DNA of 64,000 nucleotides from Gammaproteobacteria bacterium. GTDB taxonomy: Bacteria; Pseudomonadota; Gammaproteobacteria; QNFE01. Each line of letters begins with the position of its first letter. The first letter of the stretch is position 1. The stretch is from positions 1,442 to 65,441 of the forward strand of contig QNFE01000003.1 in NCBI GenBank assembly GCA_003645455.1, read 5' to 3'. Below are positions 17,812-27,351 of the stretch, in pieces. Below the pieces are notes generated by a model. It made no database searches, had not been told where the DNA came from, and worked only from the letters and a program-made list of their open reading frames with translations. Both the position numbers and the translations under genes were made by a program.

Positions 17812-18414
17812 TCAGATTTTAGATAATTCAAAGCGGTAAAACCAATCCGAACCCAATAAAGGCTCTTTTTTGATAAGTTTTAAAGCTGGTGTGTTATCTA
17901 ATAAATCCTCAAATACAACATCTAAACGAGTGGCAATCTTACCTACTAAGGGAGATAAAAAACGTCTTATGGGGGCAGGTTGATTTTTTTGTAAAAACTT
18001 ATCAATAATGATTATTTTGCCATCTTTTTTAAGTACCCTGGAACACTCTTGCAAGGCACGATAAGAATCTGGCACCACTGCCAAAATAAGGTGCATAATA
18101 ACGATATCAAAACTATTATCTGCATAGGATAAATCCATAACATCATCAATTTTAAGATCTATTTTTACTCCATATTTTTCTGCCCTACCATGGGCAATTT
18201 TTAACATAGCAGGAGTAATATCACAGCCATTATAAACAGCATCTTTTGGTAAAAAAGGTAAATCAAGGCCTGTGCCGACTCCTGCAATTAAGACTTTTTT
18301 ACCTCTTAAAGGGCCTAAGTTTTTAATGCTTTTTTCGCGCATTGTAGTGCTGAATTTTTTAACAGCAAAATCATAAAAAGGAGCAATCAAGGAATAACTG
18401 TGTTTTAAGCTCAT
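17812..18414 (-). CDS. Class I SAM methyltransferase (PmtA-like)
   Basis: YSLIAPFYD, GVGTGLDL, HLILAVVPD. Confidence 0.75.
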   Translation of the reverse strand: MSLKHSYSLIAPFYDFAVKKFSTTMREKSIKNLGPLRGKKVLIAGVGTGLDLPFLPKDAVYNGCDITPAMLKIAHGRAEKYGVKIDLKIDDVMDLSYADNSFDIVIMHLILAVVPDSYRALQECSRVLKKDGKIIIIDKFLQKNQPAPIRRFLSPLVGKIATRLDVVFEDLLDNTPALKLIKKEPLLGSDWFYRFELSKI

Positions 18415-18519
18415 AATTTTAAAAATAAATAAAAAGTATATTTTAACAAAAAAATAGATAAAATGTTATAATAAGATGTTTTTAATGTCGCAAGACATAC
18501 TTACAATTAACTTATCCTA

Positions 18520-19155
18520 ATGTTTGAAAATCTATCAATTCTTGAAATTATTATAGTCGTGGCATTGCCGATTTTATCAGCGGTAATTTTGCACGAGGTA
18601 GCCCATGGATATGTCGCATATTTATTAGGGGACAACACCGCAAAAATGATGGGTAGGTTATCATTGAACCCCATCAAACATATTGACCCGATTGGCACGA
18701 TTTTAATTCCGGCTTTATTAGTTATGATACAAGCAGGTTTTGTGTTTGGCTATGCACGTCCGGTGCCAGTTAATTGGTTTAATTTAAAAAATCCAAAAAT
18801 TGATATGGTAAAGGTAGCCATCGCAGGACCATTGACTAACTTATGTTTGGCATTTTTTTGGGCGATAACTTTAAAATTTTTTATACCAACTGAAATCCAT
18901 CTGTTGATTTTGATGGCAGAGCTTGGAGTATTTTTAAATATATTTTTAATGGTTTTTAATTTGTTGCCAGTTCCTCCTTTGGATGGTGGGCGAGTTTTAC
19001 GAGGATTTTTGCCAGATAAATATGCCATTTATCTTGACAAAGCTGAACCCTATGGAATGATTATTGTGGTGTTGTTGTTGATAAGTGGTTATCTGATGCC
19101 GATCATGAAACCTATTATTTTATTTTTTTTAGAAATAATTAAATATGTGGTCTGA
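18520..19155 (+). CDS. Site-2 protease (M50 family)
   Basis: HEVAH, AGPLTN, FNLLPVPPLDGG. Confidence 0.93.
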   Translation: MFENLSILEIIIVVALPILSAVILHEVAHGYVAYLLGDNTAKMMGRLSLNPIKHIDPIGTILIPALLVMIQAGFVFGYARPVPVNWFNLKNPKIDMVKVAIAGPLTNLCLAFFWAITLKFFIPTEIHLLILMAELGVFLNIFLMVFNLLPVPPLDGGRVLRGFLPDKYAIYLDKAEPYGMIIVVLLLISGYLMPIMKPIILFFLEIIKYVV

Positions 19156-20386
19156 TAATCAAATTATTAAAAGCCTATTTAATCGACGGATGTTGATCTG
19201 TGTTTTTACAGGTTTTGCCTCGGGTTTGCCTTTGTATGTTGTATATACTTTATTGCCTGCGTGGCTCAGAAGTGAGGGGGTAAGTTTAACTAATATCGGA
19301 TTTTTTGCTTTGGTGGGTACGCCATATACTTGGAAATTTTTTTACTCACCTTTAATTGATAGATACCCTTTGCCATTTCTGGGGATTCGCCGTGGTTGGA
19401 TGTTTATAACCCAGATTATATTATTTTTTATAATTGCCGCCTTTGGTTGGTTTGAACCTAATATATCCTTGTGGAGTATCGCAGTTTTAGCTTTTGCTTT
19501 GGCTTTGTTTAGTGCCTCTTTGGATATAGTGCTTGATGCTTATCGCCGTGAATTATTACCAGATAGTGAGTTAGGGCTTGGTAATTCAATTCATGTCAAT
19601 GCTTATCGGGTGGCAGGTTTAATCCCGGGATCACTGGCTTTAATTTTATCAGATCATTTAAGTTGGGAGTGGGTTTATTTTATTGTGGCTTTATTTATTT
19701 TGCCCGGGATTTTTATGACTTTATTTATCAAAGAATTAGAGCATAAAAATAAAACCCCGAACACCTTAAAAGATGCGATTGTTTTGCCGTTTATTGATTT
19801 TTTTACTCGCAATGGTGTCAAACAAGCTTTATGGGTATTGGCTTTTATGTTGTTTTATAAACTCGGCGACTCAATGGCAACGGCTTTATCAACTCCATTT
19901 TATCTTGATTTAGGATTTACCAAAACTCAAATAGGAATTGTCGCTAAAAATGCCGCTTTATGGCCGATGGTAATAGGCGGTATGGCAGGCGGTTTATTGA
20001 TGGTTAAAATTGGTATCAATAAAGCATTATGGTTGTTTGGTTTCGTGCAGATTATTACAATTGGTGGTTTTGTAGTTTTGGCAGAAGTCGGCAATAATTT
20101 GGCAGTTTTGGCAGTCGTCATCGCTTTTGAATATTTGGGGGTAGGGCTTGGCACCGCAGCTTTTGTGGCTTTTATTGCCCGCTCTACAAACAAAACATTT
20201 GTCGTGACTCAATTTGCCCTATTAACCGCTTTGACAGCTCTTCCTCGCACATTTGCCAACTCTATCACAGGAATTATGGTAGACTATATGGGTTGGAGTA
20301 ACTTTTTTTGGGTCTGTATTTTCTTGGCAATTCCTGGAATGTTAATGCTTTTCAAAGTTGCCCCTTTTTTTGAAAGATCTGAATGA
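19145..20386 (+). CDS. ampG: Muropeptide MFS transporter
   Basis: GFASGLP, PYTWKFFYSPLID, RRGW, DIVLDAYRRE, FYKLGD. Confidence 0.92.
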   Translation: MWSDNQIIKSLFNRRMLICVFTGFASGLPLYVVYTLLPAWLRSEGVSLTNIGFFALVGTPYTWKFFYSPLIDRYPLPFLGIRRGWMFITQIILFFIIAAFGWFEPNISLWSIAVLAFALALFSASLDIVLDAYRRELLPDSELGLGNSIHVNAYRVAGLIPGSLALILSDHLSWEWVYFIVALFILPGIFMTLFIKELEHKNKTPNTLKDAIVLPFIDFFTRNGVKQALWVLAFMLFYKLGDSMATALSTPFYLDLGFTKTQIGIVAKNAALWPMVIGGMAGGLLMVKIGINKALWLFGFVQIITIGGFVVLAEVGNNLAVLAVVIAFEYLGVGLGTAAFVAFIARSTNKTFVVTQFALLTALTALPRTFANSITGIMVDYMGWSNFFWVCIFLAIPGMLMLFKVAPFFERSE

Positions 20387-20523
20387 CCTATGTGATTGGT
20401 AAAATAGTCCGTTTGCCTCCGATTGTGAATCTTTAAGAAGACGGTAATAGTAAGTCTCTGACAAGCTTCTTAAAAATTTGCAAGCGGTGATAAAGTTGTA
20501 AGTTTTAACGATTGCATAGGTTA
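20384..20523 (+). repeat. 140-bp rod-like hairpin (palindromic element or structured RNA)
   Basis: Outer stem tgacctatgtgattggtaaaa/ttttaacgattgcataggtta; inner stem ttgtgaatctttaagaag/cttcttaaaaatttgcaa; many G-U pairs on +. Confidence 0.65.
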
Positions 20524-20555
20524 TTTAGGTATTCCACTTATAATAGAGGATAAAA

Positions 20556-21167
20556 ATGGCTAATTTATTTATTATTACTGCCCCATCTGGGGTTGGTAAA
20601 ACTTCGCTTATTCGCGAGCTAATGCAACAGGATGTTTTGAGTATAAATTTGGCAATATCACACACAACAAGACCTGCCAGAGACGGTGAACGTGATGGGG
20701 TTGAGTATTATTTTATTGATGAATTATCTTTTAAAAAAATGATTAATGATAATGATTTTGTAGAATACGCAGAGGTTTTTAATAATTTTTATGGCACCTC
20801 AAAACAGGAGATTGCAAATAAATTATCTGAAAATCAAAATATTATTTTGGAGATTGACTGGCAAGGAGCAAAAATCGCTCGCAAAGTCTTTAAAGATGCA
20901 ATAAGTATTTTTATTTTACCACCATCAATTGGGACGATTGAAAAAAGACTCAATATAAGAGCCACAGATAACCTTGATATAATTAAAAATCGGTTAAAAC
21001 AAAGCAAGATTGAGCTCTCTCATTATGATGAGGCAGATTATCTTATTATCAATGATGATTTTCAACAAGCCGTGCAGGATTTGCATAATATCATAGTAGC
21101 CTCCCATAACAATATAAAAACTATGCAAAAACAATACTCCGAACTGATTGAAAGCCTCTTAAAATAA
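20556..21167 (+). CDS. gmk: Guanylate kinase
   Basis: APSGVGKTSL, SHTTRPARDGE, LEIDWQGA. Confidence 0.95.
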   Translation: MANLFIITAPSGVGKTSLIRELMQQDVLSINLAISHTTRPARDGERDGVEYYFIDELSFKKMINDNDFVEYAEVFNNFYGTSKQEIANKLSENQNIILEIDWQGAKIARKVFKDAISIFILPPSIGTIEKRLNIRATDNLDIIKNRLKQSKIELSHYDEADYLIINDDFQQAVQDLHNIIVASHNNIKTMQKQYSELIESLLK

Positions 21168-21949
21168 TGAAAAAATTTGCGGTTATTGGCAACCCTATCA
21201 AACATAGTTTGTCGCCTATAATTCATCAAAATTTTGCTAAACAATTTAAGATAAAATTAGAATATCAAAAAATTCTTGCCACAGATGATAACTTTAAAAA
21301 AATTGTCACAGATTTTTTTAAAAATGGTGGGGTAGGTTTAAATATTACCGTACCTTTTAAGTTTATAGCTTTTAATCTTTGTGATATTTTATCGGATAGG
21401 GCAAATATGGCAGGCTCTGTTAATACTTTATATCTTGATAAAAACAATAAAATCTGTGGCGACAATACCGATGGTGCAGGTTTGGTAAATGATTTAGAAC
21501 AAAACTTAAATTATAAAATAAAAAATAAAAAAATTTTAATCTATGGGGCAGGGGGAGCAACCGCCGGAATTATTTATCCAATTTTACAAAACCTACCAAA
21601 AAATATTGATATAACTAATCGCACCATCAAAAAAGCCTATGATATGGCAGAGAGATTCAATAAATTTGGCAACATACAAGCTATATCAATTGATAAGTTA
21701 AATAATAACTGTTATGATTTGATTATCAATGCCACCTCAACCGGATTAAGTGGCGAAACCTTGCCTTTAACATCAGGTATAATACACAATACAACACTTT
21801 GTTATGATTTAGCATACAGCAAAAAGCCAACTAATTTTATGCTGTGGGCAGATAAAAACGGAGCCAACAAAACTACAGACGGCAAAGGAATGTTAAAAGA
21901 GCAGGCTGCCATCTCATTTTATATCTGGCACCATAAAAAACCTATCTAG
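21167..21949 (+). CDS. aroE: Shikimate dehydrogenase
   Basis: GNPIKHSLSP, NITVPFK, GDNTDG, GAGGA, INATS. Confidence 0.95.
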   Translation: MKKFAVIGNPIKHSLSPIIHQNFAKQFKIKLEYQKILATDDNFKKIVTDFFKNGGVGLNITVPFKFIAFNLCDILSDRANMAGSVNTLYLDKNNKICGDNTDGAGLVNDLEQNLNYKIKNKKILIYGAGGATAGIIYPILQNLPKNIDITNRTIKKAYDMAERFNKFGNIQAISIDKLNNNCYDLIINATSTGLSGETLPLTSGIIHNTTLCYDLAYSKKPTNFMLWADKNGANKTTDGKGMLKEQAAISFYIWHHKKPI

Positions 21950-22075
21950 CAAAAATCCCTGTTATAATGGGATTCTTTTTGCTTTTTATATCTATGCAAA
22001 CATTTGGGATAAAATATTCAAAAATAAAGTTTATAAAATGTGTTATGATAGTACCTTTTTACTCTTTTAAAACTT

Positions 22076-22888
22076 ATGAAAATTTTTAATAAAATTGCCA
22101 CAGTCCCTGTTGCTGTTATCCTAATCGGCGGTGTAGCAGTGTATGCAACTTCCAATAAAAACGGGGGGGGGTAGATAATTGTTCAAATTATCAAACTTAT
22201 CCACAAATACCATCAGACTTACAACCCACTACAGCCCAAAAAACCCAATCTTGCAAAATTGCTAATAATCCAAAACGAACACCTAATAAATACAAAGGCA
22301 AAAGGGGGTGCAAAACAATTATTACACACAAAACTTTACAATAAAACATCATTTTATTGTGATCGTCCATATAAACAGCATAAAAAATCACCTGATAGAA
22401 AGTGTTATGAAAAAGACTGCTCGCTGAATATCAACAAAGGCAAGGAATTACAAAAAAACACAATAGATTCGGAACATATTGTTCCTCGGTCAACATTAGG
22501 AAAAAAATCACCTGACTACAAACTATCTCAAAGTGACTTACACAATCTTCGCCCTACTGTTGCCATATTAAACAATCAAAGACAAAATTATCCATTTATT
22601 GATAATATAAATAGCCCACACATAGAAATTAGCAAATGTGATTTAAAGATTACCCATAAAGCAAAACTGGTATCGCCACCAAACAGCAAAAAAGGAACAA
22701 TAGCTCGCACCTATTTATATATGAATGACACCTATTCCTTGCAATTAAGTGAACAAGAATTAGAGCAATATTTAAGATGGCACAAACTTTATCCGCCAAA
22801 TAACTGGGAAATAAAACGCAATATTTTAATTCAAAAATATCAAGGCAATACTAACCCTTGGATTGATATTTATGAGACAAAAAAATGA
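22076..22888 (+). pseudogene. Secreted endonuclease I (EndA/Dns-like), interrupted by TAG right after a G9 tract
   Basis: N-terminal hydrophobic segment from ATG 22076; G9 at 22163-22171; TAG at 22172; downstream SFYC, EHIVP, DLHNLRP, IARTYLYM, QGNTNP motifs. Confidence 0.75.
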
Positions 22889-23340
22889 AAAAATATCTCA
22901 TAACTACAATGTTATTTTTTGTGGCAAGTTCTGTTTATTCTTTTAATGATAAATCGTCAAACCATAAAAATCCTGCAAATTTGGCAGAATTAACAAAATT
23001 ATTTAATAATGGATTAAATGAATATGATAAGGGCAATTATACCAAAGCTGCTGATTTATGGCAAAGAGCCTGTGATGGTGGGGTATCTGGTGCTTGTTAT
23101 AATCTCGCAGTCCTGTATACCAACGGCACAGGGGTTAAAAAAAACCCAAAAATAGCTTTTGAATTATATCAAAAATCTTGCAACAATCATTATGCTGATG
23201 CTTGTTTTAATCTGGGAATTATGCATAATCAAAAACACGGCATTTATAAAGACAAAACCAAAGCCAAAACATACTTTAAAAAAGCCTGTGATTTGGGGCA
23301 TTCTTTTAGTTGTCAAGGCTTAAAATCTATCAAGGATTAA
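22885..23340 (+). CDS. Secreted cysteine-rich Sel1 repeat protein
   Basis: Signal peptide; ACDGG..GACYNLA, ACFNLG, KACDLG. Confidence 0.85.
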   Translation: MKKYLITTMLFFVASSVYSFNDKSSNHKNPANLAELTKLFNNGLNEYDKGNYTKAADLWQRACDGGVSGACYNLAVLYTNGTGVKKNPKIAFELYQKSCNNHYADACFNLGIMHNQKHGIYKDKTKAKTYFKKACDLGHSFSCQGLKSIKD

Positions 23341-23532
23341 GTTATGCTGGTAATTAGAAATTATTATACACGAAAATCAGATAAATTGACAAAATAAATA
23401 TTTTTGTTTATAATTCTATTTTTTGCTTAAAATATATTAATATTATCTAAACTTCTTAGAAAAAGTGGGAGATTTTGATAAACCCATCAAAGCATTTGTT
23501 GATTTAACCCAAGGTAAAACATACGGTAAATA

Positions 23533-25029
23533 ATGGCATCACTACTAAAAGAATATTCAAAAGAAAAACTTACAGGGCAAATCTGGACTCCTTTTTATAT
23601 AGTTGATAAAATTCTTGATGATATAAAATATGATGGCTCTGATGTTCTTGGTAAAACAATTTTAGACCCTGCCTGTGGAGATGGACGATTTTTGATAAAA
23701 ATAGCTCAACGGATAATAAAATATTCAAAACTCTGCGATTTACAACATAATCTCAATAATATCTATGGCTGGGATATTGACAAAAAAGCCATCAAGATTG
23801 CTCGTCAAAAATTAGATAAAATAATCCAGCCTTATGATATCTGTGTCAATTGGAATTTAAAAATTTGTAATTCCCTGCAACAGATAAACGGACAAATTGA
23901 TTTATTTTCCGATAAAAAACAAATTCAAAAATTTGATTTTATTGTCGGCAATCCGCCATATATTCGCATTCAACATTTGAATGAGAGCACACGACAATAT
24001 ATCAAAAAAAACTATTCTTTTTGTAAGATGGGTTCAACTGACATATATATAGCATTTTATGAGTTGGCTTTGAATTTATTAAAAAATGATGGTGTTTGTG
24101 GTTATATTAGCCCCAATTCTTTTTTTTATACTGATACTGCAAAATATTTACGAGAGTATTTTCAAGACCATAAAAATCTTCTGCAAGTCAGTAACTATGG
24201 CACAATCCAGTTATTTGAAAATGCGATTACCTATAGTGCAATAGTTATTTTTAACAAACAACAACAAAATAATTTTTTATATCAATTAGCGGAGAATAAT
24301 ACAGATTTTAAACAAAGATATATAGATTTTAAGGAATTGACACAATATTCTTTTTGGCAATTAGCCACCAAAAAACTTAAAATCAAAAAAGGCATAAAAC
24401 TAAAAGACATCGCCGATATTCATGTGGGTTTGACAACTTTGGCTGATAAAATTTATATGATGCCACTATATAAAAAAGAGGGTGATTATATTTATCTTAA
24501 ATCAAAATATAATGGGGTGATACAGATTGAAAAATCTATTTGTAAACCTATCATAAAAGCCTCAAGAATAAAAAGCTCTGATGAGCCGATAAAAGAATTT
24601 GTGGTATTTCCATACAAAAAAACAACAGATGGTAACAGGATCATCAAAGAACAAGAGTTAAAACAAAAATATCCGCTTGCCTATGCTTATTTATCATCCA
24701 ACAAAGATATTTTATTAAAAAGAGATAATGGCAAAAAAAATAAAGTAGTATGGTATGCCTTTGGCAGAAGTCAAGGATTACTGACAAGTTTTGGCGAGAA
24801 AATCTTGCTATCACCGATGAATAAAAAACCTAATTTTATTTATCATAAAAATAAAAATGCTTGTTTTTATTCAGGTTATTGCATTAAATATAAAGGCGAT
24901 AATGATAAATTATTACAACAACTAAACTCAACCAGAATGGCAGAGTATATTCAAAGCTCGTCATCTGATTTATCATCTGGCTGGAAAGCTTATAACAAAA
25001 GAGTTTTGCAAGAGTTTGTCATAGTATAG
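23533..25029 (+). CDS. Amino-DNA methyltransferase (N6-adenine, TaqI/Eco57I-like gamma order)
   Basis: GQIWTP, LDPACGDGRF (motif I), IVGNPPYIR (motif IV), C-terminal target recognition region. Confidence 0.9.
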   Translation: MASLLKEYSKEKLTGQIWTPFYIVDKILDDIKYDGSDVLGKTILDPACGDGRFLIKIAQRIIKYSKLCDLQHNLNNIYGWDIDKKAIKIARQKLDKIIQPYDICVNWNLKICNSLQQINGQIDLFSDKKQIQKFDFIVGNPPYIRIQHLNESTRQYIKKNYSFCKMGSTDIYIAFYELALNLLKNDGVCGYISPNSFFYTDTAKYLREYFQDHKNLLQVSNYGTIQLFENAITYSAIVIFNKQQQNNFLYQLAENNTDFKQRYIDFKELTQYSFWQLATKKLKIKKGIKLKDIADIHVGLTTLADKIYMMPLYKKEGDYIYLKSKYNGVIQIEKSICKPIIKASRIKSSDEPIKEFVVFPYKKTTDGNRIIKEQELKQKYPLAYAYLSSNKDILLKRDNGKKNKVVWYAFGRSQGLLTSFGEKILLSPMNKKPNFIYHKNKNACFYSGYCIKYKGDNDKLLQQLNSTRMAEYIQSSSSDLSSGWKAYNKRVLQEFVIV

Positions 25030-25139
25030 GTCAAAAACTCCGTCATAATGAGGCAGAATGATGCGGTTATCTCTTTGGGTCTTGTTGTTTGCCCTATAAT
25101 GTCGTTTGATTTTCGTTGCCATAACATGGATTATTCTGA

Positions 25140-25241
25140 TGGGCTGTGAAAAATGGTGTCAGTAAAACCACAGACGGCAAGAGTATGTTAAAAGAGCAGG
25201 CTGCGATTTCTTTTTATATCTGGCATCATAAAAAAACCTAA
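25140..25241 (+). repeat. Diverged duplicate of the aroE 3' end
   Basis: Translates WAVKNGVSKTTDGKSMLKEQAAISFYIWHHKKT* versus aroE 21845-21949 WADKNGANKTTDGKGMLKEQAAISFYIWHHKKPI*. Confidence 0.9.
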
Positions 25242-25343
25242 AACCTTGTCATTGCGAACGAAGTGAAGCAATCTTGCAAAAGCAGACGGATAATAACAAT
25301 AGATAACCACAGCACCTGATTACGCACAAGAGTATCTATTTTT

Positions 25344-26003
25344 TTAATAACCTAATAAACGAATATAACTTACCAATCCTGCTACTTCTTGTTTGTTAAG
25401 AATTCCATCCCAAGCCGGCATAAAACGCCCTTTGCCTTTTTGAATGCTTTGTATTAGGTCTTGATTACTAAGTTTATTAGTGTTGATAGGGTTGGTGTGA
25501 TCGGTCGGAGTTATGCCGATTAAATTTGTCATAATACCATCACCGTCACCATCTTTACCGTGACACACCGCACAATAGGTTTGATAGGTTTTTTTACCTA
25601 AGTTAGGGTCTCCCATAAGTTGATGCCGGCTACGAGATAAAAATCTTAAATAAGCAATTATTGAATCTATTTGACTGTCATTAAAAACTGTGTTCCACTC
25701 TGGCATAGCATCTGATAAAATATTGTGTCTATCTCTACCTGTTATCGTTTGTTTGCCCCGACCTGTAATAATTTTTTTTAAAATTGTATCACTACGAGAG
25801 CGGACAGTTGTTGTTAAATCGGCAGGTTTGATTTTCATAGCTTTTGCCAAAGTGCCATCACCTTTGCCATTTTTGCCGTGGCATAATTGACAATAAGAGG
25901 TAAATAATTTACGACCATCAAAGGCATCACCATTTGCTGCTAATATCGGCTGGTGAAAAAATATAAAAATCAACAATATGATAGGATAAATTTTTTTATT
26001 CAT
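25344..26003 (-). CDS. Periplasmic diheme c-type cytochrome
   Basis: Signal peptide; CQLCH and CAVCH, each with a distal MP motif. Confidence 0.9.
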   Translation of the reverse strand: MNKKIYPIILLIFIFFHQPILAANGDAFDGRKLFTSYCQLCHGKNGKGDGTLAKAMKIKPADLTTTVRSRSDTILKKIITGRGKQTITGRDRHNILSDAMPEWNTVFNDSQIDSIIAYLRFLSRSRHQLMGDPNLGKKTYQTYCAVCHGKDGDGDGIMTNLIGITPTDHTNPINTNKLSNQDLIQSIQKGKGRFMPAWDGILNKQEVAGLVSYIRLLGY

Positions 26004-26004
26004 T

Positions 26005-26367
26005 TTAAAGTTCCTTGCCGTTAAAAACCTTGATAGTTAGTTTTTCCATATCAATATTCTGAATACAACCTAAGTTTATTCGGTAATGATTGGGTTGACG
26101 AAATGTTTGATGAAAAGGGTGGATGCCACATTTTTGACAAAAATAATGTTTAGCGGTTTTATCGCCAAATTGATACATAGTAAGATTATTGCTCTCATCT
26201 GTTATCTTTATCTCATCAGGCGACACCACAAAAGATGACATAACATAACCCTTGCGTTGGCATATAGAGCAATTACATCTCAAGCCAGTGCTAATTTTAT
26301 CAGATTCTGTAAATTCAAATTTAATGGCTTGGCAGTGGCAAGAGCCAGTATATTTTTTTGTATTCAT
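26005..26367 (-). CDS. GFA/CENP-V family protein
   Basis: GSCHC, CNCSIC, HYFCQKCGIHPF. Confidence 0.92.
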   Translation of the reverse strand: MNTKKYTGSCHCQAIKFEFTESDKISTGLRCNCSICQRKGYVMSSFVVSPDEIKITDESNNLTMYQFGDKTAKHYFCQKCGIHPFHQTFRQPNHYRINLGCIQNIDMEKLTIKVFNGKEL

Positions 26368-27110
26368 TTTTTGTTATCCATCCATTGTTGAACGGTTTTT
26401 ACTAATAATTCATTTTTATCATTAAAAAAATGGTCTGTCTTGACTACTATTTGTTGGTATTTAGGGTTATTTTTAGCAGCTTGTTGGCGTTTTTTGACCG
26501 AATCTAAAACAGGTTTAATATCATCTGTGCCGTATAAATCTAAGGTTGGGATTTTTATTTTTGACAGATATTTGACGGTAAAATTTGGCATACCGATACC
26601 GACAAAATATTTAAATGGATGGGGATTATTAGCCATAAAATGAGATGCCATAACAGTTCCCATACTGTGAGCTACGACAAAATCAACTTCTAATTTTTGT
26701 TGTTGCAAGTAATCAATGGCAGCTTTAATTCTTTTGTCGGCGAGAGTTAATAATTTTAAGTATTCAGGAGCCTCAATACCATTAGCAAGAACTGGCATTT
26801 GCATTGATAGGGTGTGATAACCATATTTTGTAAGCTCTATTCGTAAGGGTTGGATAATTTGTTGCATATTAGGGTGGACACCAATTCCATGCATAATTAT
26901 CACAGCTTTGCGGCTTGGTTTTTCAGATGCAGTCAAAATTGATAAAAAAGAATGTTTGCGGGCTTTAAGCCATACTACTTCACCATCCATCAAACTATCT
27001 TCAATAGCAACACTCCACCTTTTTTCTTTGGCAAAGTTAGGGGTAATATCACCTGCAAAAATTGCAGATGAATAAAAAAATATAAGCAATAAAAACGTCC
27101 AAAATTTCAT
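26364..27110 (-). CDS. Exported alpha/beta hydrolase (DUF3530-like)
   Basis: Signal peptide; AVIIMHG, AHSMG nucleophile elbow, DHFF. Confidence 0.75.
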   Translation of the reverse strand: MKFWTFLLLIFFYSSAIFAGDITPNFAKEKRWSVAIEDSLMDGEVVWLKARKHSFLSILTASEKPSRKAVIIMHGIGVHPNMQQIIQPLRIELTKYGYHTLSMQMPVLANGIEAPEYLKLLTLADKRIKAAIDYLQQQKLEVDFVVAHSMGTVMASHFMANNPHPFKYFVGIGMPNFTVKYLSKIKIPTLDLYGTDDIKPVLDSVKKRQQAAKNNPKYQQIVVKTDHFFNDKNELLVKTVQQWMDNKK

Positions 27111-27135
27111 TATAAACTCTTAAAAATATTTATTT

Positions 27136-27231
27136 GAGACCTTTGCATAAATAAAGTGCTGTCTATGGAATGCTGCAAAAAAGTGCATTTTGTGTATTTT
27201 ATAAATTGTGCTTTATTTATGCAAAAATCTC
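27136..27231. mobile_element. Internally deleted GAGACC-family MITE
   Basis: gagacctttgcataaataaag ... ctttatttatgcaaaaatctc. Confidence 0.8.
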
Positions 27232-27351
27232 AATACAATAAGAATGCGATATTTTAACAAATAATCAATAAAAAAACAACAAATATTTAAAAAAATATTT
27301 TTTAAGTTTATTTTTTGCTATAATTAGTGTTTTATATTTTATGGGGGCATT

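Noticed and set aside
20384..20523. 6S RNA
   Set aside because: Has a central bubble but is short, shows no recognisable 6S sequence or zapA/ygfA context, and shares a loop motif with local MITEs
22076..25029. Endonuclease plus methyltransferase as a type II R-M pair
   Set aside because: The nuclease is an exported endonuclease I-type enzyme, not a restriction enzyme
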